From the NCBI GenBank assembly GCA_947169825.1, contig CAMVRE010000002.1, forward strand, positions 1,248-65,247: a stretch of DNA of 64,000 nucleotides, written 5' to 3'. Below are positions 40,232-48,945 of this stretch, piece by piece (the stretch's first letter is position 1; every line of letters begins with the position of its first letter). This stretch comes from an uncultured Verrucomicrobiota bacterium. GTDB taxonomy: Bacteria > Verrucomicrobiota > Kiritimatiellia > RFP12 > UBA3636. The notes beneath the pieces are model-generated. The model worked only from the letters and a program-made list of their open reading frames with translations. It had not been told where the DNA came from and made no database searches. The position numbers and the translations under genes were made by a program.

Positions 40232-41035
40232 TTACCGTGGCCCTCGTGGAATGTTGTTTTCCATGTTCAGATCCTCGTATTTCATTCCCATACAGGATTC
40301 GAATCGGTCCTTGAACTCCGGCTGGCTCCGCAATAGTGTGCGCCAGTCATCGATGCCAAGTTTCTTCCAGTCGCAAAAATGCTGGAATTCGATTCTGGGC
40401 TTCTTCGACAGGAGTTCCGACCAGTCCTTGCCGTCGAGCAGACTCCATTTGCACGGCATGAAAACGGCGTTCAGCACGAATCCCGGGACGCCGCGCATCC
40501 AGAAGTGCAGAAGGAAGTCCCGCCAGTCCCGGCCCGTGAAGTGATTGAACCGGCATCGGGAGAGGTCGTGGTTCCAGTTGAGGATCATCGCCTGGACCGC
40601 CCCTCCCTGTTTTCCGGCGTCCACGAGTTCCAGTTTTTTTAGGAGCGGCCGCCGGGGCTGCATCCATTTGCGTCGCGTCTTTTCGTTCGCTTCTTCGAGG
40701 CTGAACGATGTTTTCCCAGGATGGGCCGGGTCTCGGACATTCATCCCTTCGAATCCCATCGTTTCGAGGTCGCCTCCGTCGAATTCCTCCCAGCGGTCGC
40801 ATTTCTCCGCGAGCTGCGGCTGCCGACTGAGCAGCGCGGCCCAGTCCTCCTTGCTCCATTCCGCGGCGGACGACCAGTCCCACCGTGCGGCGAACCCGGG
40901 TCGTCTGCACAGCAGGTAGTGCCAGGCCTTTCCGTCGAACGACATCCAGTCGCACTCGTCCGCCGCTCCCGATCGTTCGCAGAGCAGCTTCGCCCATTCG
41001 ATCCCCGTCCGTGGGACGGTCTTGTTCTCTTTCAT
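40232..41035 (-). CDS. W-repeat protein paralogue (267 aa)
   Basis: IEWAKLLCERSGAADECDWMSFDGKAWHYLLCRRPGFAARWDWSS...EDWAALLSRQPQLAEKCDRWEEF...KDWSELLSKKPRIEFQHFCDWKKLGIDDWRTLLRSQPEF. The start lies 1 nt after the GT9 stop. Confidence 0.65.
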   Translation of the reverse strand: MKENKTVPRTGIEWAKLLCERSGAADECDWMSFDGKAWHYLLCRRPGFAARWDWSSAAEWSKEDWAALLSRQPQLAEKCDRWEEFDGGDLETMGFEGMNVRDPAHPGKTSFSLEEANEKTRRKWMQPRRPLLKKLELVDAGKQGGAVQAMILNWNHDLSRCRFNHFTGRDWRDFLLHFWMRGVPGFVLNAVFMPCKWSLLDGKDWSELLSKKPRIEFQHFCDWKKLGIDDWRTLLRSQPEFKDRFESCMGMKYEDLNMENNIPRGPR

Positions 41036-41036
41036 T

Positions 41037-42047
41037 TCAGGCTCCGTTGTCGGCCGACACCAAACGCTTCGCTTCCTGCACGGCGGCGGAGACCGGCACC
41101 TCGCCGATGCACGCCCGCCGGCAGTCGCCGCACCGGGAGCCCGTTCTGATTCCGCAGTCCGGCATCAGGATTCCATGCCGCGCGACATCGTAGCAAAACC
41201 AGTTGTCCGCCCCGGAATTCGAAAAGAACTGGAGCGTCGGAACATCGAACGCGGCCGCGAAGTGCATGGGGCCGGAATCGTTGCCTATGACCAGTCTGGC
41301 ATGCACGATCAACCACGCGAGTTCGGCAAACGGCAAGCTGCGGAACGCCTTTCTCCCGAGTTCCGCGAGTTCCGCATCGACGCCCGTGTCCATTGAGCCG
41401 ATCGCGAAAACTGCGGACAAACCGATGTCGCGCAACGCGCGGGCAACCTCTTCGACCTTCCGAACGGGGTAGATTTTGCAGTCGCTCGAGGCGCCCGGCA
41501 GAAACAGCGCATAGTCGCCCTCGGGCGGATCGTCCGGCGGAATGCACCGGTAGTTGGCTTCCGTCAGCCGAGCCGGACCTCCCTCGAAATCCGGATTCAC
41601 GAGGCGGATCAGTTCGGCATACTGGTTCGGAACGAACCGACGCTTCTTCAGCGTCATGTTTTCCCAGTAGTCGAGAGACACCCACTTGTCGAAGACTTCG
41701 GCGCATGTCGCGGGCGGGCGTTTCGTTTCCTCCATTCCGTATGACCGGCCGTCCCGACTCTTCAAACGACGGACCAGTTCCGTACACCAGGAATCGTAGC
41801 CGTGGTTGAAAACGGCGTCGAACCGTTCTTCGAATGCTTTCGGGAGCGAAAAGATTCCCGGCGGGCCTTGTTCAAGTGCCACGACATGGTCGCAGGGTGC
41901 ATAATTGGAATAGAGGCTGGCGATTGATGGCGTCGCGAAGACAGTGGTTTCGCAAGGCGCGTACAGTCGCTTGAGTTCTTCCAGTTCGCCCATCAGGAGA
42001 ACCGAATCCCCGAGGGGAGCGAAGGGAATGAAGGCGATCCGCTTCAT
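41037..42047 (-). CDS. Glycosyltransferase family 9 (heptosyltransferase-like)
   Basis: 336 aa. The N-terminal PLGDSVLLMGELEELKRLYP-type motif and VIGNDSGPMHFAAAFDVPTLQFF match the GT9 GNDSGPMHLAAA signature. Confidence 0.75.
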   Translation of the reverse strand: MKRIAFIPFAPLGDSVLLMGELEELKRLYAPCETTVFATPSIASLYSNYAPCDHVVALEQGPPGIFSLPKAFEERFDAVFNHGYDSWCTELVRRLKSRDGRSYGMEETKRPPATCAEVFDKWVSLDYWENMTLKKRRFVPNQYAELIRLVNPDFEGGPARLTEANYRCIPPDDPPEGDYALFLPGASSDCKIYPVRKVEEVARALRDIGLSAVFAIGSMDTGVDAELAELGRKAFRSLPFAELAWLIVHARLVIGNDSGPMHFAAAFDVPTLQFFSNSGADNWFCYDVARHGILMPDCGIRTGSRCGDCRRACIGEVPVSAAVQEAKRLVSADNGA

Positions 42048-42053
42048 TTCGCC

Positions 42054-43502
42054 TCACTGCCCGGCGTCGTGCCTGCGCTTGAACTCCTCCACGATTTCGC
42101 GGTTGATTCGTGCAACCTTGCAGAAATGGTCGCTCACCTTGAGCATATTGCCCGTCTCGTTGAAGTTGCGAACGAGACATGTCGCGCAGAACGTCCGGTC
42201 TGGGCATCCAATGCATTGCGGGATGTCCTTTTTCCGCAGTCCGCGTAAGTAGAGAATCGCTGGCGACTTTTCCCAGACTTCCCGCAGCGTCTTCTCGTGG
42301 CAGTTCCCGAGCGGGTAGTCCTGGAAGCCCGAGCAGGGATAGTAGTTGCCGTCGGCGTTGAGACAGATCGCATCGATCCCGACGCCGCACATCGGGAGAT
42401 TCCCCCATTCCTCCACGCTCATTTCCTTCGACGGATCGTAGTTGGGAATTTCCGCGGCGAACGACGGATCGTGTTCGGCGATCGTGGTGATGATTTCCCG
42501 CGTCTCGTCGAGCGAAAGACGGTTCGCGAGATTGTCGGTCGTGTGGTCGCTCCGCGCCATCATGATGAAGTCCGTATAGGCCTTGCACTTGAGCGAAACG
42601 CCGTAGTCGAGGACGGCCTGGTAGCCCTTGTAGTTTCCCTTCATCGTCGGGCAGGAGATCTGGACTGGAACGTTCAGCGCGTGGAGCCTCTCGATGGCCG
42701 CTTTCGTCTTCGCGAACGAGCCGGGCAGCTGCGTGATGGCGTCGTGCGTCGCCGCATCCATGCTGTAGAGCGAAACCTGGACGAGTGAAAGATTCTGCGT
42801 GGCGAGGAAGCGGCACGTCCTCTCGTCGCAGAGCGTGAGGTTGGACAGCACCGAGACCGAAAGGTCCTTCCCGCGCGCGTGAGCGAGAATTCGCTTGAAG
42901 TCCGGGTGCAGCATGCATTCGCCGCCCGAAAGCGTGATCGAGAGACCTCCCATCTCGCGGAATTCATCGATTACGCGCAAGGCGCTCTCGGTTTCCATCG
43001 TGAAGTGCCGGTCGCGGGGAACGTAGCAGTGGACGCACTTCTCCGTGCAGCGCGACGTGAGATCGAGGTGGAGGGAGAACGGCGTCGGATGCGACTCGAA
43101 ATACTCGTGCAGTTCCGCATGTTCGCGGGCCTGCTGCCGCTCCTGCTCCGTGATGTTGCCGAGGTCGAACGCCGTCGAGGGAACTTCAATGTCGTAGGTG
43201 AAGGACGGATCCTTCCGATCCAGTTCCTCTGGCGTCGCGCCTTCGACGACGAAATTCTCCTCCACGAGCGGTTGCAGCAACTCCGCGAAGTCCCGACCGA
43301 CCTGCGCCGGATTGGCGTCCGCAAACAGCGCGGCGATTCGCTCCACGGCGTCCGCAACGGCGACCGGCGTCCGCCCGATGAACCGGAGGAACGGCTCCGC
43401 GTCCTTCAGGTCCAGGTCGGATTTCGTGAGCTGGTTGAAAATGTGCGTGTAGGGCCCGTATTGGCGGACGAACGCATTTTTGGAGAGACGAAGAAGTTTC
43501 AT
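42054..43502 (-). CDS. Radical SAM / SPASM-domain peptide-maturase-like enzyme with PqqD/RRE-like N-terminal region
   Basis: 482 aa. CxxxCxxC cluster SRCTEKCVHCYV. C-terminal SPASM cysteines: CGVGIDAICLNADGNYYPCSG...QCIGCPDRTFCATCLVRNF. The N-terminal ~110 aa (...RTPVAVADAVERIAALF...VGRDFAELLQPLVEENFVV) look PqqD-like. Confidence 0.85.
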   Translation of the reverse strand: MKLLRLSKNAFVRQYGPYTHIFNQLTKSDLDLKDAEPFLRFIGRTPVAVADAVERIAALFADANPAQVGRDFAELLQPLVEENFVVEGATPEELDRKDPSFTYDIEVPSTAFDLGNITEQERQQAREHAELHEYFESHPTPFSLHLDLTSRCTEKCVHCYVPRDRHFTMETESALRVIDEFREMGGLSITLSGGECMLHPDFKRILAHARGKDLSVSVLSNLTLCDERTCRFLATQNLSLVQVSLYSMDAATHDAITQLPGSFAKTKAAIERLHALNVPVQISCPTMKGNYKGYQAVLDYGVSLKCKAYTDFIMMARSDHTTDNLANRLSLDETREIITTIAEHDPSFAAEIPNYDPSKEMSVEEWGNLPMCGVGIDAICLNADGNYYPCSGFQDYPLGNCHEKTLREVWEKSPAILYLRGLRKKDIPQCIGCPDRTFCATCLVRNFNETGNMLKVSDHFCKVARINREIVEEFKRRHDAGQ

Positions 43503-43571
43503 GTCGGAAGAATTGCGGAAAAATCCCGCCGGTCGGAAGCACGAGCTTCCGACCGGCGGGTGTGGTATCCT

Positions 43572-43700
43572 CTACCGCGTACGTTCGCAAGAACGGCAGT
43601 TGCCGTGTCCGCTGCCGTCCGTTCCGAACGTCGGGCAGCCGGCGACGAACGAACGCTGGGCAGCGGACTTCGCCACGATCTGGGGTTTCTTGTAGGCCAT
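43572..43700 (-). CDS. Candidate RiPP precursor peptide (42 aa), not in the ORF track
   Basis: The reverse strand reads AAGGAGACCATAAA-ATG GCC TAC AAG AAA CCC ... CGG TAG, giving MAYKKPQIVAKSAAQRSFVAGCPTFGTDGSGHGNCRSCERTR. It has a strong SD, ends 69 nt upstream of the rSAM/SPASM gene and carries three Cys in the C-terminal half. Confidence 0.55.
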   Translation of the reverse strand: MAYKKPQIVAKSAAQRSFVAGCPTFGTDGSGHGNCRSCERTR

Positions 43701-43802
43701 TTTATGGTCTCCTTTGTGTTTGTTGTTGTTTTGTTTTTCCCCGCGCCGGCACCCGCCGGGCGGGAAGGGGATTAGAAGTCGCCGTTACCCTCGTCCGACT
43801 TG

Positions 43803-45206
43803 TCAAGAGGAGAACGACTTCCAGAAATTCGGGTCGCCGAGCGCCGCGATTCCACGCTCGACGGCCGCGTCGTCATGGTGATAAGTGTGTTTTTTGCCCT
43901 CTTCGTCCTCGTACGTTTCGTCCCACACCTTGTATCGCCGCAGTTTCGGGCACCGCGCGACAATCCGGTCCGCGGCATCTTCGGGCAGGTCTCCCCAGCG
44001 GCATTTATTCGCGAACTGCGGTTGTTTCGGCAAGAGGAAGATCCAATCCTCCGGCGAAAAACCGGACCAGCCGTCGAAAAACTCGGCTTCCTCCGGATGT
44101 TCCGCGAGGCGGGCCGCCCAGTCGGAAACGGCTTCCCGCTCCCGTTCCTCTTCCTCTTCCCGGCGTCGCCGCTCTTCTTCCTCCTGCTGGCGTCTCCTCG
44201 CCGCTTCTTCCTCCCGGCGTTTTCGCCGCTCTTCCGCTTCCTGGCGCTTCCGCGCCTCTTCCGCCTCCCGACGCTTTCTCTCCGCTTCCTCCTTCTGCCG
44301 GATCCGCTCCTTTTCCGCCTCCACCTCCTCGGACCATTCCTTCGGGAGAGACGCGACGGCCGGACGCTTGTCCGGCCCCTTCGCCAGGCGCAGGGCGGCG
44401 TCGAGAGCTGGCTGCATTTCGTCCGTGGCGTCGCGCGGGAAACCCAGGCGCTCCAGCGCTCCGGGAAGGCACGCCTTGTATGCGACCCGTTTTGTCGAGG
44501 CGGCACGTTCCGTCCGGATCGCCGCGACGATCTCCTCGAGCGGAATCCGGTCGAACGCGCGCCGTGAGCGCGGGTCGAGCGTCGGGGCGCGGAACCGATC
44601 ATAGGCGGCCGGATCCGCGCCGGCGGGCCAGAAGACCAATTCGTCGAGGCGCGACGTGAGCGGTCCCAACGACTCGATGGCAAGGCAAAGGCCCGCGTGG
44701 AAGACGAGGCGGCGTTGATCGTCGGTTTGATCGCCCGTCCACCATTCTTCCATCGCCCGCTCGAAAAGAAGACTTTCCGTAACGGGTCCTTCCTTCCCGA
44801 CAATCCGAAGAATCTGGTCGCGGATGATGGCCGGTCCCGCGGTAAGATTGAATTTGGACGAGTGGTAGGTTTTCCCTTTTTCCTCCGGCTCGTAAGGCGT
44901 CGCCCCCGCGCGCCTGATCCGCTCCAGCGCCTCGGCTTCCTCCCGCGCCTTCTTCTCCGCGGCCGCCTTTCGCTCGGCCTCCCGGCGGGCCAGGGCGGCC
45001 TCCTCGCGGGCCCGGGCGGCCGCCGCGGCTTCCGCCCGCTTGCGCGCCGCCTCGGCTTCGGCGGCCTTTTTCCGCTCCTCCTCGGCCTTCGCCTCGGCGA
45101 TGGCCGTCTCGACCGCGGACTTGGCGTTCTTGACGGCCTTGACCCCGGTTTCGGCCGCGGCGATGCCCGTGCGGACGATTTTCTTCAGCAATGATTCAAA
45201 GCGCAT
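43803..45206 (-). CDS. Hypothetical 467-aa protein: two charged coiled-coil segments, a central domain, and a C-terminal W-repeat module
   Basis: Track ORF 43803-45632, trimmed to ATG 45206 (MRFESLLKKIV...). It has two E/R/K/A-rich stretches. The central region GPVTESLLFERAMEEWW...LVFWPAGADPAAYDRFRAP...IPLEEIVAAI is faintly DUF3320-like. The C-terminus has SDWAARLAEHPEEAEFFDGWSGFSPEDWIFLLPKQPQFANKCRWGDL. Confidence 0.6.
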   Translation of the reverse strand: MRFESLLKKIVRTGIAAAETGVKAVKNAKSAVETAIAEAKAEEERKKAAEAEAARKRAEAAAAARAREEAALARREAERKAAAEKKAREEAEALERIRRAGATPYEPEEKGKTYHSSKFNLTAGPAIIRDQILRIVGKEGPVTESLLFERAMEEWWTGDQTDDQRRLVFHAGLCLAIESLGPLTSRLDELVFWPAGADPAAYDRFRAPTLDPRSRRAFDRIPLEEIVAAIRTERAASTKRVAYKACLPGALERLGFPRDATDEMQPALDAALRLAKGPDKRPAVASLPKEWSEEVEAEKERIRQKEEAERKRREAEEARKRQEAEERRKRREEEAARRRQQEEEERRRREEEEEREREAVSDWAARLAEHPEEAEFFDGWSGFSPEDWIFLLPKQPQFANKCRWGDLPEDAADRIVARCPKLRRYKVWDETYEDEEGKKHTYHHDDAAVERGIAALGDPNFWKSFSS

Positions 45207-45222
45207 GGAAATCCTTCCTGGT

Positions 45223-45831
45223 TCATTCGTCGGCGTCGTTGGATGAGCTCTTTTCCTTCTTGGCGAGTGTGTCGAGGAGGCGGAAGGACGCGGACGACGA
45301 AACGCCGGGTTCGTCTTTCGCGGCGCGGGCTTCGTCCATCGCCTGGCGGACGAGTTCAGGGTCCTTGCCCTGCTCGACGAGCATCTCGGCCGTCTGCCGC
45401 AGGCCTTCTTCGTCCTTCCGGGCGTCGCGATGCGCGAGAGCGGCCGCGACGAACGGAATCCTGCCCGCAACATGGGCCGCGAGGCCGACAAGGGCCGCGA
45501 CCGTCCAGAGCGTCCAGAACTGGCCGCGGACGATCCAGAAGAAGAGGGCGGCGAGGGCCGCGTCGAGGAAGAGCGCGCCGTAGCTCGCGGAGGTGGCCGT
45601 GTTCTTGGCGCCATACGTGAGGCCGACCGCAAAGAGGAACGCGGCGACGAAGCCGACGAGATGGAAGACGCCGTAGAAGGATTCCCAGCCGAGCCATTCG
45701 AAGAGAAGGCAGCCGAGCCACCAGACGCCGAACGGGATGCCCATGCAGAAGATGCCGACGACGAGCAGCTCGTTGAAGGCGACGTTCGGACATTCGTCCA
45801 TATCGAGATACTTGATCCGGGTTGTGCTCAT
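45223..45831 (-). CDS. Integral membrane protein (about 4 TM helices)
   Basis: Track ORF 45223-45942, trimmed to ATG 45831 (MSTTRIKYLDMDECPNVAFNELLVVGIFCMGIPFGVWWLGCLLF...). Its stop lies 16 nt before the next gene's start. Confidence 0.6.
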   Translation of the reverse strand: MSTTRIKYLDMDECPNVAFNELLVVGIFCMGIPFGVWWLGCLLFEWLGWESFYGVFHLVGFVAAFLFAVGLTYGAKNTATSASYGALFLDAALAALFFWIVRGQFWTLWTVAALVGLAAHVAGRIPFVAAALAHRDARKDEEGLRQTAEMLVEQGKDPELVRQAMDEARAAKDEPGVSSSASFRLLDTLAKKEKSSSNDADE

Positions 45832-46093
45832 TGGGTCGGCTGGGTGCGGGGTGCAAACGAGGAAGGGCCCTTCCGTCGCGGTTCCCCTGAGGCCCTGGAA
45901 AAGCCCGATCAAGAAACGCGAAGGAAGGGACGTGCAATGCACGCACCCTGCCGACAGGCCGCCTTTGATCTTTTGAACTTTCCAGGTTTCAGGGGATCGG
46001 CGGTTTGCAGCGGTGCAAATCTGGCGCGAAGTCTAGCAGACCCGCGTCGGCAAATCAACACCGTTTTCGCGCTTCTTGATCGGGGAGAATGCA

Positions 46094-46152
46094 AGGTTGA
46101 AGGGGGGAAGGGGTTGAAGGGGTTGAAAGGGGTTGAAGGGGTTGAAAGGGGA
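46094..46152. repeat. Tandem GGGGTTGAA(A) 9-10-nt repeats (5 GTTGAA cores)
   Basis: GTTGAA at 46096, 46113, 46122, 46132 and 46141. The minus strand reads CCCTTTCAACCCCTTCAACC... The array lies between the kinase stop and the membrane-protein gene. Confidence 0.7.
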
Positions 46153-46383
46153 AATCGCTGGTTGCGCGCGGGGGCGCGGCACGCGCTCACAGAGAATAGA
46201 GACGCCGGCCCGCCGATTCTTACGCGGGCCATTTCGAACGCGATCGCTTCGCGACGCAATTCTTGGCGAAGCCCGGTCCGCCCCGCAATGGCCGCTGCGC
46301 GGCCGGGCGGAACCGGTCTTCGCCATGGTACAACGCCCGCAGCGCGGACGCGCCGCCGCGACGATGAAATGCAAGCGGAAAAT

Positions 46384-48831
46384 TCAGGGAGACACGCGGA
46401 GCGCGGCGGCTTCGGCTTCGAGGGCGCGGGCGCGGTCCTCGTCGCCGAGGAGACGGTGGGCGCGGACGAGGTTGTCGAGGATCTCGGCGATGACGGGGCG
46501 GTAGCGCGCGGGATCGGAGACGAGGAGCGGCGCGAGGAGGCCGCGCATCTCGTCCCAGGCGGAGACGGCTTCCTCGTAGCGCTCCTGCTCGGCGCAGGTC
46601 CGGGCGAGACGGCCAAGGGCCTGCGCGCAGGCGAGGCGGTAGCCCTCGCCGTGAGCCTTGAAAAGATCCCGCCAGAGTTCGGTGGCCCGGCGGTAGGCCG
46701 CGATGGATTCGAGGCGGGCTCCGGTCTCCCGGTGCAGCTCGCCGAGGCGGTAGTGGCAGCCGGCGAGGAGGTCGAGAAGCGGCTGCTCCGCAGCCGCAGT
46801 GACAAGTGACGAGTGACGAGTGACGAGTGAGCCCGAGCGAGAGGCGTTCGGTGTTTCGACCGGAGAAGGGGTCTCGTTCGGGAAGAGGAAGGGCTCGAGG
46901 GCCTCGATGGCGCGGGAGGTCATCGTGAGGGCGGCGGCGGTTTCGCCGGCCCGATGGAGCATCCCGCCGAGGGCGGCCGCCAGGACGAAGAGCTGCGCCT
47001 TGCAGCCCGGATCGTCCGCCGGCGCGTAGCGGGCCCAGAGCAGCCCCGCTTCTTGGAGATCGGCGGCGGATTCGCGGAAGCGGCCCTCCATGCATTCCAT
47101 GTAGGCGCGCTCGGAGAGAAGCCAGGAGCGGAGCGGCCCGTAGCGCGCGGGATCGGACTCCACGAGCGGATCGATGGTGGCGAGGGCGTCGCGATAGGGC
47201 GCGTCGGCCGCGCCTTGGTCGGCGTTGGCGACGTAGGTCCACGAGAGACGGGCGAGGCAGAGGGCGAGGCGGACGCGCGCCGCGGGGGCGGCGTTGGTGG
47301 CTGCGGCGGCCCTCCGGGCGGTTTCGACGGCTTCGAACCAGGCGCTGTTCGCGCGCCCGATGGCGGCGCGATCCTGTCTCCAGGAGGACCAGGCGCCGTC
47401 CCCTTCGCGAACTTTGAGGAGAAGCTCCGCGTCCCCGCCGGAGAAGGCCTCGGCCTCAAAACGAACGATGGGGAGCAGCCGAAACGTGCCGAGCAGCTGC
47501 AGGGGGCCGCGGTCCTCGCCCTGCCAGACCGAATCGAGGCGCGGCGGCATCGGATGGGCGGGGAAGACGATGGCAACGGGAGGAGGCTGCGCCTCCCCCG
47601 AACCCCCACCAGCGAGGACAGGCTCTGCGGCCTCTGCGCTCTCTGCGTGAGAACCTATGGGAGGAGGCTGCGCCTCCCCCGAACCCCTTTCGGAAACGGA
47701 ACCGGGCTCTGCGTGGAAGCGGATGGTGACGGCCGCGGCTGCCGCTACGGCCGCGACGGCGGCGAGGGCGGCCCGCGCCGCGCGGCGCCGGCTTCGCGTG
47801 GCGGGGTCGATGGCGCGGCCGATCGCATCCAGTCTCCGCGTGATGGCGGCGGGGTCGGCGAGGCGGCGGGCGGGATCGGGATCGAGCAGGTCGCGCAGGA
47901 AGGGATCCCAGGCGCGGACGATGCGCGAAGGATCGTAGGAGGAGGGCGGGCGCAGGGAGCGCGGGCGATCGCCGGTGAGCGCCTCGTAGAGGACGGCGCC
48001 GAAGGAATACCAGTCGAGGGCCGGCGTGAGTTCCGCGCCGGCGCGGAACTGCTCGGGCGCGGCGTAGGCGGGGGAGCCGAGGAACTTGCGCGCACCGGAT
48101 TCGTCGAGGGAGATGGAATCGGGGGCCTCCGCGGCCCCCGAACCCCTCTCTGGCCGGGACGGAGCCCGGCCATCAGGACTCGCCGGAGCCCGGCCATCAG
48201 GACTCTCTGCGGACTCTGCGTGAGACCCTCCTCCTCCGCGTGTGAACTTCGCGAGGCCGAAGTCGGCGAGGAGGGCGCGGCCGGAGGCGTCGAAGAGGAC
48301 GTTGGAGGGCTTGACGTCGCGATGGAGGATGCCGACGGCGTGGGCGGCGGCGAGCGCGCCCGCAAGGTCGCGCGCGATGCGCAGCACGGCGGCCTCGGGC
48401 AGCGCCTTGCCGCCGTCGAGGAGGGCGGCAAGCGGGAGGGGACGAGGGGCGCCGGCGCCGCCCTCCGCCCCCTCCGGCGCGAAGCCATGGGGATAGGGGC
48501 AGAGGAGGACCTCGTCGCAGAGGCGGGCGATCTCGGACGGGGAGAGGAGGACGGCCGGCGTGACGAGATAGCGAAGGCCCGTGGCGGGGTCTTCCCCGGC
48601 GTGCAGGACGGGGAGGATCGACGGATGGTCGAGGGCGGCGAGGGCGCGGGCCTCGCGCTCGAAGCGGCGGGTGCGCGTGGCGCTGTCCGAGGGCCTCATC
48701 GCCTTGAGCGCCACGTCGCGGCCGAGCGCGCGATCGCGCGCCAGCCAGACCTCCCCCATGCCGCCCTCGCCGATCGGACGGAGAAGCGCGAAGGAGTTGT
48801 CGATGACGAGGCCAGGACGAAGGTCTTTCAA
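46384..48831 (-). CDS. Ser/Thr protein kinase with one TM segment and a large helical-repeat (TPR-like) C-terminal domain
   Basis: 815 aa, TTG start. GEGGMGEVWLARD, VALKAM, HRDVKPSNVLF, DFGLAKF, GSPAYAAPEQ. TM helix AALAAVAAVAAAAAVTIRF. The linkers contain in-frame copies of repeat family F and other short duplications. Confidence 0.85.
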   Translation of the reverse strand: MKDLRPGLVIDNSFALLRPIGEGGMGEVWLARDRALGRDVALKAMRPSDSATRTRRFEREARALAALDHPSILPVLHAGEDPATGLRYLVTPAVLLSPSEIARLCDEVLLCPYPHGFAPEGAEGGAGAPRPLPLAALLDGGKALPEAAVLRIARDLAGALAAAHAVGILHRDVKPSNVLFDASGRALLADFGLAKFTRGGGGSHAESAESPDGRAPASPDGRAPSRPERGSGAAEAPDSISLDESGARKFLGSPAYAAPEQFRAGAELTPALDWYSFGAVLYEALTGDRPRSLRPPSSYDPSRIVRAWDPFLRDLLDPDPARRLADPAAITRRLDAIGRAIDPATRSRRRAARAALAAVAAVAAAAAVTIRFHAEPGSVSERGSGEAQPPPIGSHAESAEAAEPVLAGGGSGEAQPPPVAIVFPAHPMPPRLDSVWQGEDRGPLQLLGTFRLLPIVRFEAEAFSGGDAELLLKVREGDGAWSSWRQDRAAIGRANSAWFEAVETARRAAAATNAAPAARVRLALCLARLSWTYVANADQGAADAPYRDALATIDPLVESDPARYGPLRSWLLSERAYMECMEGRFRESAADLQEAGLLWARYAPADDPGCKAQLFVLAAALGGMLHRAGETAAALTMTSRAIEALEPFLFPNETPSPVETPNASRSGSLVTRHSSLVTAAAEQPLLDLLAGCHYRLGELHRETGARLESIAAYRRATELWRDLFKAHGEGYRLACAQALGRLARTCAEQERYEEAVSAWDEMRGLLAPLLVSDPARYRPVIAEILDNLVRAHRLLGDEDRARALEAEAAALRVSP
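46798..46832. repeat. Heptanucleotide tandem repeat (AGTGACG)n inside the kinase CDS
   Basis: AGTGACA AGTGACG AGTGACG AGTGACG AGTGAGC, encoding ...GSLVTRHSSLVT... on the minus strand. The unit length is not a multiple of 3. Confidence 0.7.
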
Positions 48832-48945
48832 GGGTAAAGTTGAAAGGGAAAAGTGTAAAGTTGAAAAGGTTGAAGGGGTTGAAGAGTTGAAAAGCGAACA
48901 ACTTTAGACTTTAAACTTTAGACTTTAAACTTTCAACTTCTGCAT
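48832..48945. repeat. AT-rich simple-repeat block: 5 GTTGAA cores, then (AAACTTTAGACTTT)~2.5 and an inverted TTCAAC
   Basis: GTTGAA at 48839, 48860, 48869, 48878 and 48886; ACTTTAGACTTTAAACTTTAGACTTTAAACTTTCAAC spans 48901-48937. The block covers the kinase upstream region, the sigma-factor stop and the last ~10 sigma codons. Confidence 0.7.

Noticed and set aside
43701-43802. Promoter for the RiPP precursor (TTGACA at the end of the upstream gene) and a terminator hairpin CCCGCCCGGCGGG
   Set aside because: TTGACA has no acceptable -10 element at 16-19 nt. The palindrome would have a 1-nt loop and is not followed by a T-run on the coding strand. The evidence is insufficient to annotate either.
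8224-45942. N-terminal extensions of several track ORFs (8224-9666, 14351-15724, 32856-34625, 34683-36197, 37849-38940, 43803-45632, 45223-45942, 58482-59807)
   Set aside because: The extensions translate intergenic repeat families (R/P/G-rich) or cross promoter-like sequences. In most of them an internal ATG preceded by a Shine-Dalgarno motif coincides with the start of recognisable protein sequence or the GC-content change, so I trimmed the calls.
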